Below, piece after piece: positions 47,471 through 59,850 of a stretch of 64,000 nt of DNA; the stretch's first letter is position 1, and each line of letters begins with the position of its first letter. Both the position numbers and the translations under genes were made by a program. Source of the stretch: Camelus ferus (taxonomy: Eukaryota); the NCBI RefSeq assembly GCF_009834535.1, contig NC_045697.1, positions 12,402,001 through 12,466,000 on the forward strand. The letters are read 5' to 3'. The notes beneath the pieces were generated by a model. The model did not search any database. It saw only the letters and a list, made by a program, of their open reading frames with translations, and had not been told where the DNA came from.

Positions 47471-49224
47471 ACAAAGTCCATGCTCCTCACATGGGGTTAC
47501 AAGTCTGCAGAGTCCATGGTGTTGTGACAAGAGGTCCCTACAGCCCCAGATTACACATGGCCTGCCTTTGTGAGTATTTGTAGTACCTAAAGAAATCATG
47601 ATTTTTATATTTAAACAAGCATGGCCAGATTACAGAGTAAAGACTCAGAATGTTTAAAGGTGGAGCACAGACTTCAAAGAACTTGACCTGCTTATGGTGG
47701 CCATTTGGTGGAGGGTCCACCACAGGTCCCTGGAGTGGGGAGGAGGGTGGCAGATACAAATGCATTCTTTCCTACTGGTAGAGGTCTCTGGGTGGAATGG
47801 TCAGAGAAGGACTGAAGTGCTGTATTTCTGCAAGTCCTCCATGTGACATTATTAACAGTGGGGTTGGGATACTCAGATCAAACCTTCTGGTTTGTGAAGG
47901 AGGCAGAAAGATGGAACAGAGAGGCCCTTGGTAGGACTTGGTGGACTTGATGCATTAGAGATGCATCGTACCTTCTGTCAGGGATCCTCAGGCATGGATT
48001 TAGACCTTTAGCCCAAGGGTCCTTTGAGAATCTGTGAAAAGCTGTAGACTCTAAGAAATTGCACTATTAACTTGGGTGTAGGAGAACGATACTTTAACTT
48101 AATGTTTATCCTAATCTTTGCTGCCAGGTGGGGGAATTTAATCTTAACCAATTTAGAGTTATTCCCTGGGAATGTGACTAAAGCCTCAGTGATATGGAGA
48201 AGGGTGAAAAATGAGTTAATGTTTAGTGAGGTGTAGGTCTGCATTGTTCTCCTAGATGACATTGTCCTTGACTCCTTCTGGTCTTCGGTGGTTTTTCCAG
48301 CAGACACTCATAAGCTTTCCCTGTCAAGCAGTCTGTCACTCCGGTCTGTTCTCTCTCCCTAAGCTAGTCATTTTGTTCCTTTTAGGTTCTTTTTGCTTCT
48401 CCCCTGATGCACTGGGTCACTAGAATCTGGATGGAGCCTGGCTATAGTCCTTCTGCACTCCTGTTAGTCTTGGGGAGATTAGGGATCATGCAACACACAC
48501 CAGGCTTTTACGTACAATTCCATTATATCTGTGGATCTCAGGTTAATAACCCCTGCACAATTCTAAGTCTAAAAAAGGAGGCCTGCTATTTTCAGTGTGA
48601 ATGGAGGTGAGGAAGAGAGGATGAGGTGACCCAGGAGGTTCTCTCATGATGTCCCAACTCCTGCCAGGGGAAGGAGGGAGGGGAAGGAGGGAGGGTAGAA
48701 AAGGAGGAGGGGGCACAGCACGTAGCACATCACTGGCAGCAGGCGGCAGCTGGCATCCAAACATGGCCACATGCCTACTGCACTGTGTAATTCTATAGCT
48801 CTTTGGCAGTGCTTACAGGCACGCTGTCTCTGAGTGCTATTGATTTCTCAGGGAAAAGAGATCAAAAACAAGTGTTATACTTGGTGTCATGTGTTTTCTG
48901 GGGGAAGTAAATAGATTAGCCAAATTGGACAGACAAGATCAGGGCAAAGAGAGAGGAAGCTCCCTCAAACTGCCTACCTTGAAATGAGATCTCCTAAAAT
49001 GATCCGCAGGGGAAATAAAAAGATTGGGCAGGGCAGGGATTTGTCCTGTACTAGGATCGAATGTCACATTGTTTCCGTCTCAGCTTCATATCCTGAGACT
49101 CAAACCCCTCTACTCTCCGTTGGATTGCTGTTTGATATCAGCAACTCTGCCTGTCTCTTGACCATTCCCATCCCCCAAGCTGCCAGGGCTGGTTATCACT
49201 TTGTTTCTGGATATTACTCTAGAA

Positions 49225-49426
49225 CAGCACTGTTCAATAAAACTTTTTGTGATTATGTAAATGTGTGAGCAGTTCTCTGCTGTTAAATACAGTAGTCACT
49301 GGCCTCCTGTGGCTTTTGAGCACTTGAAATATGGCTGGTATGACTGTAGAACTGGATTGTTAATTTTCGTTAATTTAAGTTGAAGTAGCCACGTGTAGCT
49401 ATTTGCTCTCATCCTGGGCAGTGCAG
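49225..49426. mobile_element. hAT-Charlie MITE (MER3)
   Basis: cagcactgttcaataaaactttttgtgat...gtggcttttgagcacttgaaatatggct...agccacgtgtagcta. Confidence 0.85.
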
Positions 49427-49439
49427 TTTTAGCCTTCTG

Positions 49440-49600
49440 CGATACTGCAGTGTGAATTAGTGGCATCCACCATACCACCTGGGATTGGGAGGTTGTTAGA
49501 AATAGTACTTTGGGCCTCACCTCAGATCTACTGAACCAGAGTCTGAATTTGAACAATATCTCCAGGCATTAGAGTGCACATTAAAATCTGAGAAGCAGTG
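49440..49600. mobile_element. hAT-Charlie MITE (MER5A-like)
   Basis: gttgttagaaat...gggcctcacctcagatctactgaaccagagtct...gcacattaaaatctgagaagcagtg. Confidence 0.8.
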
Positions 49601-49631
49601 CTTGAAATGACTGAGGCTCAGGAAAAGATGT

Positions 49632-49993
49632 GGTATCAACTGGGGTAAACTGGGTTATGCTACAGTAACAAACAATCCCCAAATCCTAATGACTTAAAAT
49701 GTAAACAAGTTTTACTTTTCACTAATGCTTGTCCATTATGGGCCAGAGGGATCTCTGTCCTACATGATTCTCACTCCAGGTCCCAGGCTAATGGACCAGT
49801 ACTCTCTGGATCAGTTGGCAGACTGGAAAAGAGAGAGCACAGTGGATTCTGCTCACATTTCACTGGCCAAAGCAAATCATGTGACCACACCTAACGCTAA
49901 GGTGGTAAAGGATGATCCTATCATATGCCCAAAAGATGGAGAAACAGAATATTCAGTGAACATACTTGGTGAACAGCACTAGTGACTGCCACA
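49632..49993 (-). mobile_element. MaLR solo LTR (MLT1-like)
   Basis: ggttatgctacagtaacaaacaatccccaaatc...cactggccaaagcaaatcatgtgaccacacctaac...gactgccaca. Confidence 0.8.
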
Positions 49994-50039
49994 CACAACA
50001 AGCATAATTAGGTCTTTTTGTTTTGTTTTGTTTTAACAA

Positions 50040-50620
50040 CCGGTTTTAAGCCTCATCGTTTCAAGCCTGGACTTGCAATAGCTTTCTAATTGGTCTCTTT
50101 GCTGTCTTTTTTTCCTCTACAGCACTACCATGTTAATCCTCCTAAGGCATAGCTCTGAGTATGTAATTTTTCCGCTCAAAACCCTTCAGTGACACCTCAC
50201 TGTCTACCCAGTTAGGATGATGTAGTGGAAAGAATGCTACTCATTCATCTGTGTGACCTTGAATATCATTGCTTAAATTCTCTGAATCTCAGTTTTCTCA
50301 TCATTTAACTTAGAGATAAAAATTCCTGCCTCCAAGGGCTGCTATGAATCTTAAATTAAATAATGTGTATAAAGTGCCTGGTGCATGAAATGTTTAGTAA
50401 ATAAGAGCATAATCATCGTCATGAGCTCTTGGGGCACGCTGTGCATGGCTATATTATAGTATTAACCCAAGCCATATTGAAATGACCTATTGCAATGCTG
50501 TTTCTCCTAGTAGATTCGAATTCCTTAAGGGTAGGGACTGTGCCTTTGACTTTACAACTACTGAATTTAGTGTGAGACTCTCATGTAGGGACAGTTCTTA
50601 CTAAATGTTCGAACTGCATG
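50040..50620 (+). mobile_element. L2 3' region interrupted by a MIR (about 50212-50410)
   Basis: L2 motif gctcaaaacccttcagtg; MIR core ctgtgtgaccttga...ctgaatctcagttttctcatc; L2 end ttccttaagggtagggactgtg. Confidence 0.7.
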
Positions 50621-51484
50621 CATTAGTCAAACATTTAGAGCTTGCCTAGCAAGGATGTCTTATGTGTATATTCAGTGTTATAGCCAAGCTGGACCACTTG
50701 CTGCTCCTTGAATGAACAGCTAAGTTTTTCACCTCTGACAGTTGTGCATAATGTTTCTGATGTACACTTTTTCTTTCCTCTATCTTAGCCTTTCAAAAGT
50801 TTACTCATCCCTCAAAGTCATCTAAAATAGCACCTCTGCTGTGAATATTTTTCTAATTTCTGCACCTGAAAGTAGCAGCTCCATTCTTTGAACATCTGTA
50901 GTATTCAGAGAAGATTTCACACAGCAAAGCCATGACCTGGGATTTTCTCTGAAAAAATGATGACCAGGGACCTCTACTTGGAAGGCAAGGTTGAGAACAG
51001 GAGACAGAGAGGACCCTCCAGATTGACCCAGGAGGGATCACACATTTTTAGATGGCTGAAGTGTGGGGAATATGGGGAAAGAAGGCAGAAACAAGGCCAG
51101 AGAGACAGGAAGGTGTTAGAGGAGGCTGGCTTTGAAGCCCATGGTAAGGAGTTTCAGTTTTATCCTGTGACAATGGATATGGCTTTAAGCAGAGAAGTGA
51201 CATATTTGTGACCTGGAGGAACCAATTTATTGAGGATGAGGGTCTGATATGAAAAGAGATATTTAATAGTTGGCCCCCAATTCTCTGTGTTAAGCCATTT
51301 AGCATTCTCTGTGTTTTCTGATCATGATTTTGTCTTTCCAATGTTTTTCCTTTACTTATGTAATTTATTTAATCCAACTATCTACCTATGTATATATTTT
51401 CATCCCTTTTCTTAAGCCTGCATTCCAAGCATCATCTTGCAACTTCAATCATCTATCACTTAGAAATTACATCTGGCTTTTTTA

Positions 51485-51920
51485 TAAAAAGTCCCTTCTC
51501 TCAATAGTGATTTCAGTAAGATAGAAGCTTAATTTTCTCTCATGTAAAATAAGTCTGGAGGTAGGTTTCACAGTTTTATCAGGGACTAAGACTTGTATTT
51601 TTTCCCGTGCCATCCTTGGCCAGTGGCTTCCATTTCTCAAGATTACCTGGTGCAAAATGACTGCTGGAGCTCCGACCATCACATCCCCACTTCTGGCAGT
51701 AGGAAAGAAGAAGCAGAAAAGAATGAATGCTTCCTGAGAGTTCTGTATAATGCGTCTGCTTATAATCATTGGTAAACACTTACACACAGGGCTACAAGGG
51801 AGGTGAAAAATGTAGACTTTTATTCTAAGTGGCAATATACCCAGCTAAAAATTATTATTTTTTAATTAAGAAGGAAGAAGAGACTTGTGAAAGTGGGAAA
51901 CTGGCAGCCTTTGATATAGT
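51485..51920 (-). mobile_element. MaLR LTR (MLT1J-like)
   Basis: gctacaagggaggtgaaaaatgtagacttttattct...cccagctaaaaatt...aactggcagcct. Confidence 0.75.
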
Positions 51921-52329
51921 ATGTTACTCCAGCCTTCATTATATTACATCTGTTTTTTTGAAGACTTTATACTTCCACTAATATATACTTGCCAAGAATT
52001 CCATCCTACCAAGTCCTACTGGTGTCTATTTGTCTTGCTGCCTTTAAAAGTCGATCTCAACTTATGTATTACTAACACTCTGTGCCTTGATGCATGCACA
52101 TCTGCTCATTCTGCACATGATAATTCTTGGTCAAAGTCCACCCTTCTTAATCTTAACCTTCAGTCTTACATCTCACCAAGGGAGAGAACAGCCAGGGCGT
52201 ACTGTGCAAAGTGAACGCAGACACCTCGGATATATTTGAGGAGACATACCTCAGTCTATACCCATCTAAATGAGGAATACATTATTTTCTTTACCCAGAT
52301 TTACTTGTTCCAAAAGTGCCCTGTTTGGT

Positions 52330-52758
52330 TTGTTGTCAACTTTGCCTCCCTATGACCCCCTTCTCATATTTTCTCTGCATTGCAGAAGAGAAGTCAGGAA
52401 CTACATTTATCAATGTCCTCATTCCTATATTGCTCCAGTTTAGAATTTCCTAATGAAAGGAATTTGTATAAGATTTGCAAGCAGGAGAGCAGGAGAAACC
52501 AGTGTTCTCTGGAGGCCACTGCAAACCCGTGCAGCTTCCTGGGCTCTCTGAGCCCGATATACTTGTTGCCTCAAGCTGAGTTCCAGCTGCTGACCAAGCT
52601 ACCCGTGGGTGGCTCTTCTGTGATTTCACTGGTAACTTCTTATGCCTCTCTTCCCCTAGATCTTGGAATGGCTGTAAAATTCCCTAACTCCTGTATTAAA
52701 TACTTTATGTTGACATAATAGAATGGCTTTTCTTTTCCTAAATGAGGACTGGTTGATA
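52330..52758 (+). mobile_element. ERVL LTR (LTR33-like)
   Basis: ctctgcattgcag...aactacattt...ctgtattaaatacttt...aatggcttttcttttcct...tgata. Confidence 0.55.
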
Positions 52759-53309
52759 TGCTCCCTCTCATCTCAGTTATTTGCTTACAAAACTTTGAAG
52801 GCTCTTTTCTTGGAAGACTATTTCTATAGCCCGGGAGGTGTATTTATTTACATTGCAAATATCTTTTAAAACTGTATATATAAGAATATTAAATATATAT
52901 AATTTAATTATATGTCACATAATTATATATTACAATTTATGTTAAGTCTTTATGTAAGTATTTCTCTCACCCCCCTCGAAGGGTTGATTTCCCCAGAGTT
53001 CTAGAGAGTAACTAATACCTATCACTTTAATAAAAGTATGACAAGAATATCTCCCACTTTTCGCTGTAAAAAGGCATTAGGAGCCAATGGTGAGCTGGAG
53101 GGGAGAGTAGGGGAAGTGATGGAGTCAAAAAGTGAGGGGATGCTCCAAGCCTGGTGGGACTCCAGCCTGAGCTCCCAGCCCTGCACTCCTTGTTCGGTTA
53201 CAGAGCTCAGCTTCCATTAGTTGGTGAATGAGTGATCCACCCAAGATTTCATTTGACGGGAAGTATTTCACTGCTTAAAAATAAAGTTGAAAAGTGCTAC
53301 TTTAAAACC

Positions 53310-53480
53310 TTAGATTCGAGATGTGTATTACAAGTTTCAGCTCCTCCACTTGTTAGCCACATGACTTTGGGCATGTCATGAGAACTCTCTGAGTTCAGCT
53401 TCCTCAGGGTTACAATAATACCAATGCCAAAGCATTGTTGAGAAGATGAAAAGAAATAATGCCCAGAAATGTGAAGGGCT
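53310..53480 (+). mobile_element. MIR SINE
   Basis: ccacttgttagccacatgactttgggcatgtca...ctctctgagttcagcttcctca. Confidence 0.7.
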
Positions 53481-53488
53481 GTACCAGT

Positions 53489-53797
53489 CAAGGGTCATGC
53501 TCTCAAATGCCTGCGGGGGTTAAGCCACTGACATGAATGAATGAAATAGGCCAGCGTAAATGGGAACGCATATGTCCCAATGAAAAGGGGCATTCTTAAT
53601 TTATGTTTTTGTTAACATTTGGGAATGTGATCAAATCTTTCCATTTTTGAAGAAAATCTGGAAATAATGGATTTTTAGAGGAGAATCTCAGGATTTTTTG
53701 AATGTTGATACAAATATAAATATGTTGCTAATAATATAAATTTTAAAAGACCCATCAAAGCACGCTTGTTCATTTGTGGCTTCTTGATATGACCTTT
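53489..53797 (+). mobile_element. hAT-Charlie DNA transposon (MER102-like)
   Basis: ctcaaatgcctgcggggg...aaatctggaaataatggattttta...ggattttttgaatgttg. Confidence 0.7.
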
Positions 53798-53849
53798 ACA
53801 CAGATAACCAATTACTATTATTTTTAATGTGCCTTGGAAGCTGTTTTTC

Positions 53850-54325
53850 TTTAGACTTTCCTGTGAGCCCGCCTATGTCCCTGATTCTGGTGACACACCT
53901 TCCCCCTTGACCCAGTCTGGCTGGTTGTAGTTTCCCATCTGATGGGGGTATTTGATCAAGGTGGGGCCAATCAGGTTTCTTCTAGGGATCAATATGTGGA
54001 CTCCATGGGAATTAGGCTGTCTTTCCTCCCTTGTGTTACTCGGCTGGTCTGAAGTCGGCCTAGTGATGTCAGTGGCCATATTCCTTAGCCACTTGGTAGA
54101 AATCCAGTAGAAACAGAGAATAAGGCAAAAAGGCAGACATAAAAGAGATTAAGAGTCTTGACAGTACTAAGTCAGGAAGAACTTTGCTTTTACAGCTCTT
54201 CTTTAATCCTGAGAATTACAAAATTATCCCTTTTAGCCATGAGGACCTGTGAATTCCCTTTCGGTTTGCTAATGATAATTTGAATTAAGCTTGTTTTAAT
54301 CACATCCAACCAAAAAGACTATTTA
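53850..54325 (+). mobile_element. MaLR LTR (MLT1K-like)
   Basis: gggccaatcaggtttc...cagtggccatattcc...aaattccctt...cacatccaaccaaaaagact. Confidence 0.65.
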
Positions 54326-56474
54326 CTATTAGTAATAGTAGTATTAGTAGAGGTAGAATTTCATTATCCATCAATTACTTTAAATACAAGGTAAAAGTAA
54401 ATTTTTGGATTTTGAAGAACTATCCTTGAACTAAAATTAGTTTTGAAGCATTTAAGAAAACTTGGTATTTGGGATAGTGCAAAGGTTAAAGCACAAAATG
54501 AGGCTTTCTATTCTCATAGTCTGGAGTGTGCACTGGCCCTTCATATATTCTCTACAATCTGTCATCTCTTCATAGGATCTTAGAGAAGTTTCCTGGTACC
54601 ATTGTGTGAATAATGCAATAGATTTTTATTCTTCTACAGCAGAAACCAAGAGCATAGGTCTAGAGGGAAAGATTCAGTAGGCACTGACATTATCTGTCTG
54701 GGATAAGTACCGATTTGATAAGAAAATGAAAAATAATGCCTTAAACAGAGCACTTTCCTAGATATGTGACGTTTGTAACTAAATAGGAGCATTTGTCTTT
54801 GCTAAATATAACTAAAAGCACTTGAAACCAAGCTATGAGGGGGAGAATTAGAAGATACAGAATCATTTTTTTTTTTCTGAAGAGTAAACACAGAAATCAT
54901 TTTTTTGGTTTTAATTTTAAGTGCTTTTTCATCTGAACTTAAAACGGCAACTGGGCTTAAAGATGAATGACTAGCCTGCTCCTGTGGAGTCAGAGGTGAT
55001 GGTCCAGGGTCTAGAGAATAGAGAAGCCTTAGGTGGGTTCAGAGTGCAGCCAGAAACATCTTTGCTTCCACATACCTACAGTGCTCCCCTACCCAATCCA
55101 TTTGCAGATGGTATCACGTTTCCAGATCTTTGGACTTCATCAAATAAAGTAGATGGAATAAATAATGTGTAGGACTCATACATGAGGTGATATAAAGGTA
55201 AAGCATAATCAAGAGTTGAGATGCCTCTCACTTAGCATAATAGGAATTTATTTAGGCCTGGAAGGTTAAAGAGCTGATATTGGTGGTAGGAAAAAAAAAT
55301 TATGTGTTAACTCCATGACACTCCAGAAAGATGTAGTGATTTCTGAATGATTCTGTACATGGTTAGTTTTATTTTAAATACTATCAAAGTGAGCAGAGAT
55401 TTTATAGAGAAAAACTTCCCCAGAGATAGGCAAGCATCCTGTTGGGAGCACAGTTATACAAATGTTCCTCAGAGCTGGCAGAAAGCCCAGCAGTGTGCTT
55501 CTAAGCATCACTTAAGGTGTCTCAAGCTCCATCTTCATTCAGGCCCACGCTATTTTGAAATTGTGAGCCTTTACCGGGGAAAAAAATCTTAGATGTCAAA
55601 ACAGAGTTGAAACAGTGAATTCTGTGGGCACTTGGGTTAAAAAAAACCTTTCCAGATACTGCTCTCTAATTGGGATTGTTTTTGTGAATTTAGTCACATT
55701 AATGCATGTCTCAGTTAATTATGCAATAACATTTACATGCCTGGAGGCAAATTTACAATTTTTGCTCAGACTTTTTCTGAAAATGTGTTGTTACACTTTG
55801 ATAAACAGTGCCAAGATACTAACTATAAATCGAATTTTGAGGGGGTTAGAATGCCTGATCTGGCTCTGCTGCATGTTAGAATATGAGGGGGTGGCCCCTG
55901 CCATTCTACTCATCCTAGTGACACTAGGCTGAGTTTTCTACTAAAGATTCAAATTTTATCTGCTGACTTCACTCTTTAAAAAGTTCCTTTACTCTTGTCT
56001 GTAAGATAAAGACCTAAACATTTCAGCCTAGCATTAAATACTCTAGCTTCACCATTCTAGACTATACCTCATGCCAGGCCAGAGTGACCCTCTCAGTGCT
56101 CAGGATAAATGCTTGTTGGAGGTGTGAAGTCTGAACTAAGAGGCCAGGTGTGATCTTCACTTCCCTGAGCTACAGTGTGGCCAGATGGAGAGTTATGTGT
56201 GTTTCGGTTTTGAGACTTTCCTTTAGAGTCTTGAGGTTGTAGACGCCTACCGATTACACAGGAGTAGATATAAACTATGCCTAAATATTCCCGAAAGGTT
56301 GCTGGTGATGCTATTAATTTTGCCTGCTTTTAATTAAAATTCCAGAATTTTCTAAGGTAATATATTTTGATTTATCATAACTGTGAGAATCATAAGATTA
56401 TGGAATCTGGGAGGAGAAAATCTTCAACTCATTTAGCTTTCAACCCAAGGCACAAATGTCTTCCACTATGTTTT

Positions 56475-57870
56475 TCATGCATTCACTCAGCTGGGAAATA
56501 TTTATTAAATGCTATGCTGAGCCAGAGATTTTGCCAGGTTTTATGAAAGACTCTGAGAATAGCAAAATATGCTCTGTCCTCAGGGGGTTATAGTCTCATA
56601 GCAATTATGCTACATGTTTAGAAAAACACTAGCTGATGACAGGGATAGATGGATTAATAGAACTGGAGATGGAATGCTAGAGGAGTTTCAGTTTAGGGGA
56701 GATTAATTTTGACTGATGGGGTAACGATAAAGTAGAAAAGGTAGTGGCCTTTCAGTTGAGGTATAGAGAAGTGTAGTTAGGTTTGAAGCTGTAGAGATAG
56801 ATGGGAGAGAAAGAAATTCTGGTTGGAAAGATAATGTGAGAAAATGAAGGGGTTTTGTACAGGGGACATGGGGAAGGTAGGTGTGGCTGCAACATAGGAC
56901 ATGATTAGCAGGATAACTGGCTGGACGCATGGGTAGAGGGATGCCGGAGGAGGGGCAGATTTCTGCCAGGTCATTGAGTCTTTTGAGAGGCAGCCGAAAT
57001 ATATTGTGTGCTACTCTGCAGGAACGGGGGAGGCACTGGCAGTTCTCAAGCAAGAAAATGGCTTGATCAAACTGAACTATAGGAAGATGACTGTGGGGGC
57101 TGAATATCAGGTGGAATGGAGAACGAAGAGACGAGAGTCGGAAATGAGCTGGGGGCCATTACACGGTTCAGGTAAGAGGTTATTAGCTCTAACTAGAGAA
57201 GTAGCTGGAGTAACCATGAAGAGGGGGTGGTGTCAAACCTGTGGGATGCCATGACTGAATAATGGTGGAGGACAAAGGGAGGAAAGAAGTAGAAGTTACC
57301 TTAGCAGTTTTTATCTAAGTACCTCGGAAGGTGGTGGTGCTGAGGAGCAGGAACAGATCTGGTGAGGGGACAGTGGGAGTTAGGATGAGTAGGCATAAAG
57401 GCTGGCAGCTTGTTAAGGTGGAAATGTCCAGAAAGCAGTGGGAAATGTGACAGAGAAAGCAGGAAGAAGCATTAGCAGTATAAGCAGAGACTTGGGAGTA
57501 AAAATGACATTTGATGACATGAAATTGCAGGAGGTCACACAAGGAGAGGGTAGAGAGGAAGAAAAGAGGAACAAATTCAGATATTTATTCTGAAGAATTT
57601 ATACATTAAGGGAATGGGAGTTCACAGAGTGAGTATAAACTAAAGGAGGAACAGTTACAGAGGAAGGAAGATAATCAGGGAAAAAGTGAGACGAGAGCTT
57701 CTTAGACCCAGGGATGTGCTCAGTATGAAATGTCCCAAGGAGATCAGCAAGGTTGAGGCTTGAGAGAAAGCCAGTATATCTCTTAGATGAAGTAGCTACA
57801 TGATCACTTGAGAACCCTTTTGGAGAGCATTGTTGCCATAAATCAGCTTGTAAGGGTTTAAGAAAAGAGC
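56475..57870 (-). mobile_element. L2 LINE, long 3' portion
   Basis: cattcactcagc...atatttattaaatgctatgctgagccag start; ggaaatgtccagaaagcagtgggaaatgtg; aaggttgaggcttgagagaaagcca. Confidence 0.8.
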
Positions 57871-58794
57871 TGAGACATCTGTTCCAGATGGGGCAATGTG
57901 TTCATGCTGTGTAAATACCTTTTTTGTTCCAAGCACACAATTACAGATTTATAAAAAGTAAAAAAGGTTGTAAAGGACCTAGTGGGAGATTCTAAACTCA
58001 AGGCGAATAAAACCACACAACACTGGTGACAGCTGCAGCCCAGACCTGCTGGGCTTTCTATTTTGAAGCAGGGAATGGCTCTGGGAGCCTATTCTCTGCA
58101 GACGTGCTCCTTGGGAGGCGGGGAGCACAGCCATGCCACCGATGAAGGCTGCACAGTCTCCACCACATGGGAAGGGAGACTGGAATAAAAATACTCATGA
58201 TGTGTAATTGGTGATCGGCTTTAAAAAGCTGTAGGACTGTGGGGGTTGTGGGGAGCTTGGGAAGTAGAGGTGGAAGCAAGGATTCAGGAGAGAAAAAACA
58301 CAGCCTCCTGCCTAGCAACTCGGTTCTGGCTGCCAGCGGGCTTTGTACCTGTATCTGTGCATTCCCATGGGAGTGAAGTTGGCCTGGGTTTGGCCTGGGT
58401 CTGGCCTGGGAGACCAGGTTGACCAGTGGACATAACGACAAAACTTCTAGGCATGAGTGTAAAAGGCATACGTGTGAAACACTAAAACAAGACACACAGA
58501 CAAAGATAACATTTAAAAAAATGTCTAAAAATCTATCTACTCCAAACAAGTTTGTAAACAGGATTTTAAAACACATGAAAAAATGAATACTGAAAGGGCA
58601 ATGAGCAAAATTTTAAAAAATCAGAACATGAATTAACTCCAGACGAAATTATTATAGGAAACTAGTCTGACAAAGACTTTCGTGTTACGGGTGTTTAAGA
58701 CATCAAAGTGAAAAACGAAGACATGTCTTCTATTAAAACTGGAAGTATTACAGACAAGATGCGACAAAGAACCCAATACAAAAAAACTAGACCA

Positions 58795-59050
58795 AATGAT
58801 TCCTGTTTTATAAAATTTAAAAATTGGCAAAACTCATGTGGTTTTAGAAGGCAGGATAAGGTGAGTGTTATTTTGTAGGATGAGGAAGAGAGAGGCTACA
58901 AGGGGACATTTGAGAGACTTTTTGGGTAGTATTAATATTTTATTTGTTGAATAGATTATGATATTCACTAATTTTTATATATGTACACTCATGATTTATA
59001 GTCTTTTCTGTACATATATTATAATATAAAGAGTTTATGTTAAAAACGAG
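58795..59050 (+). mobile_element. L1ME-like 3' end
   Basis: atgattcctgttttataaaatttaaaaattggcaaaact...tagaaggcaggataaggtg. Confidence 0.65.
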
Positions 59051-59077
59051 AAAAGAAATAATAAAACAAAACTGGTA

Positions 59078-59238
59078 GGGGGAGAGTATAGCTCAGTGGT
59101 AGAGCACATGCTTAGCATACACAAGGTCCTGGGTTCAATCCCCAGTACCTCCTCTAAAAATAAATGAACCTAATCACCTCCCTCCCCTGCCAAAATAAAA
59201 TAATTTAACAATATAATAATAAATAAATAAAATATAAA
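59078..59238 (+). mobile_element. tRNA-Ala(AGC)-derived camelid SINE (vic-1 type)
   Basis: gggggagagtatagctcagtggtagagcacatgcttagcatacacaaggtcctgggttcaatccccagtacctcc plus tail; A box 59089-59099, B box 59132-59141; imperfect TSD aaaacaaaact-ggta / aaaataaaactaggta. Confidence 0.93.
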
Positions 59239-59304
59239 AAAATAAAACTAGGTAAAATAAGAACAAGTGGCTTTATAAATGAATCTTGGGAATTAAAAGT
59301 ATAG

Positions 59305-59411
59305 TTTTTTTTTAATCGAAGTATAATCAATTTACAGTGTTGTGTTAATTTCTGGTGTACAGCATAGTGATTTTGTTTTCCATATATACATATATATATG
59401 TGTATATATAT
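59305..59411 (-). mobile_element. Very short young L1 3' tail
   Basis: T9 then gaagtataatcaatttacagtgttgtgttaatttctggtgtacagc; TSD gtatagtt at 59299-59306 and 59412-59419. Confidence 0.85.
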
Positions 59412-59421
59412 GTATAGTTAT

Positions 59422-59560
59422 TGAAACGAAGAAGTATAAAGTTACTTGGGGTTTTGTGGGCTCCATGAATAACACCCCTCTTTACACCACTTTTTTGAAA
59501 CCAGTTGAGAGACAGATTCAGGGGGCCAGACAGATAGTAAAAGTGAGCTTTATTAAATGG
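59422..59560 (-). mobile_element. Retroviral LTR R-U5 fragment (family unknown)
   Basis: Minus strand reads ttAATAAAgctcacttttactatctgtctggccccctgaatc...cttcttcgtttCA: a polyA signal about 130 bp before a terminal CA. Confidence 0.5.
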
Positions 59561-59850
59561 AAGAAGCCAGACAAAAAAGCCACATGTTGTATGATTCCAT
59601 TTATACGAAATTACTAGAATAGACAAATCCACAGAGACAGAAAGTAGATTAGTGGTTTCCAGGGGCTAGGAGTTGGGTAAAGTGGGTATGATGGCTAATG
59701 GATACAGGGTTTGTTTTGGGCATGATGAAAATGTTCTGGAACTAAACAGTATGGTTGCACAACTTTGTGGATATATTAAAAATAAATAAATCGTACACGT
59801 CAAAGGAGTGAATATTATGGTCTGTGAATTACGTTTCAGTTTAAAAAAAT
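59560..59850 (+). mobile_element. L1MB-like 3' end
   Basis: aagaagccagacaaaaaagccacatgttgtatgattccatttata...acagaaagtagattagtggtttccagggg...gatgaaaatgttctggaa. Confidence 0.88.

Noticed and set aside
58058..58576. Longest ORF (172 aa, minus strand)
   Set aside because: Antisense to an old L1 5' region, starts at GTG, and shows no recognisable domain or splice context.
59078..59153. tRNA-Ala(AGC) gene
   Set aside because: Followed by the SINE-specific tail, an A-rich tract and a TSD; two related decayed copies occur in the window; the anticodon stem is mispaired. It is a SINE head.
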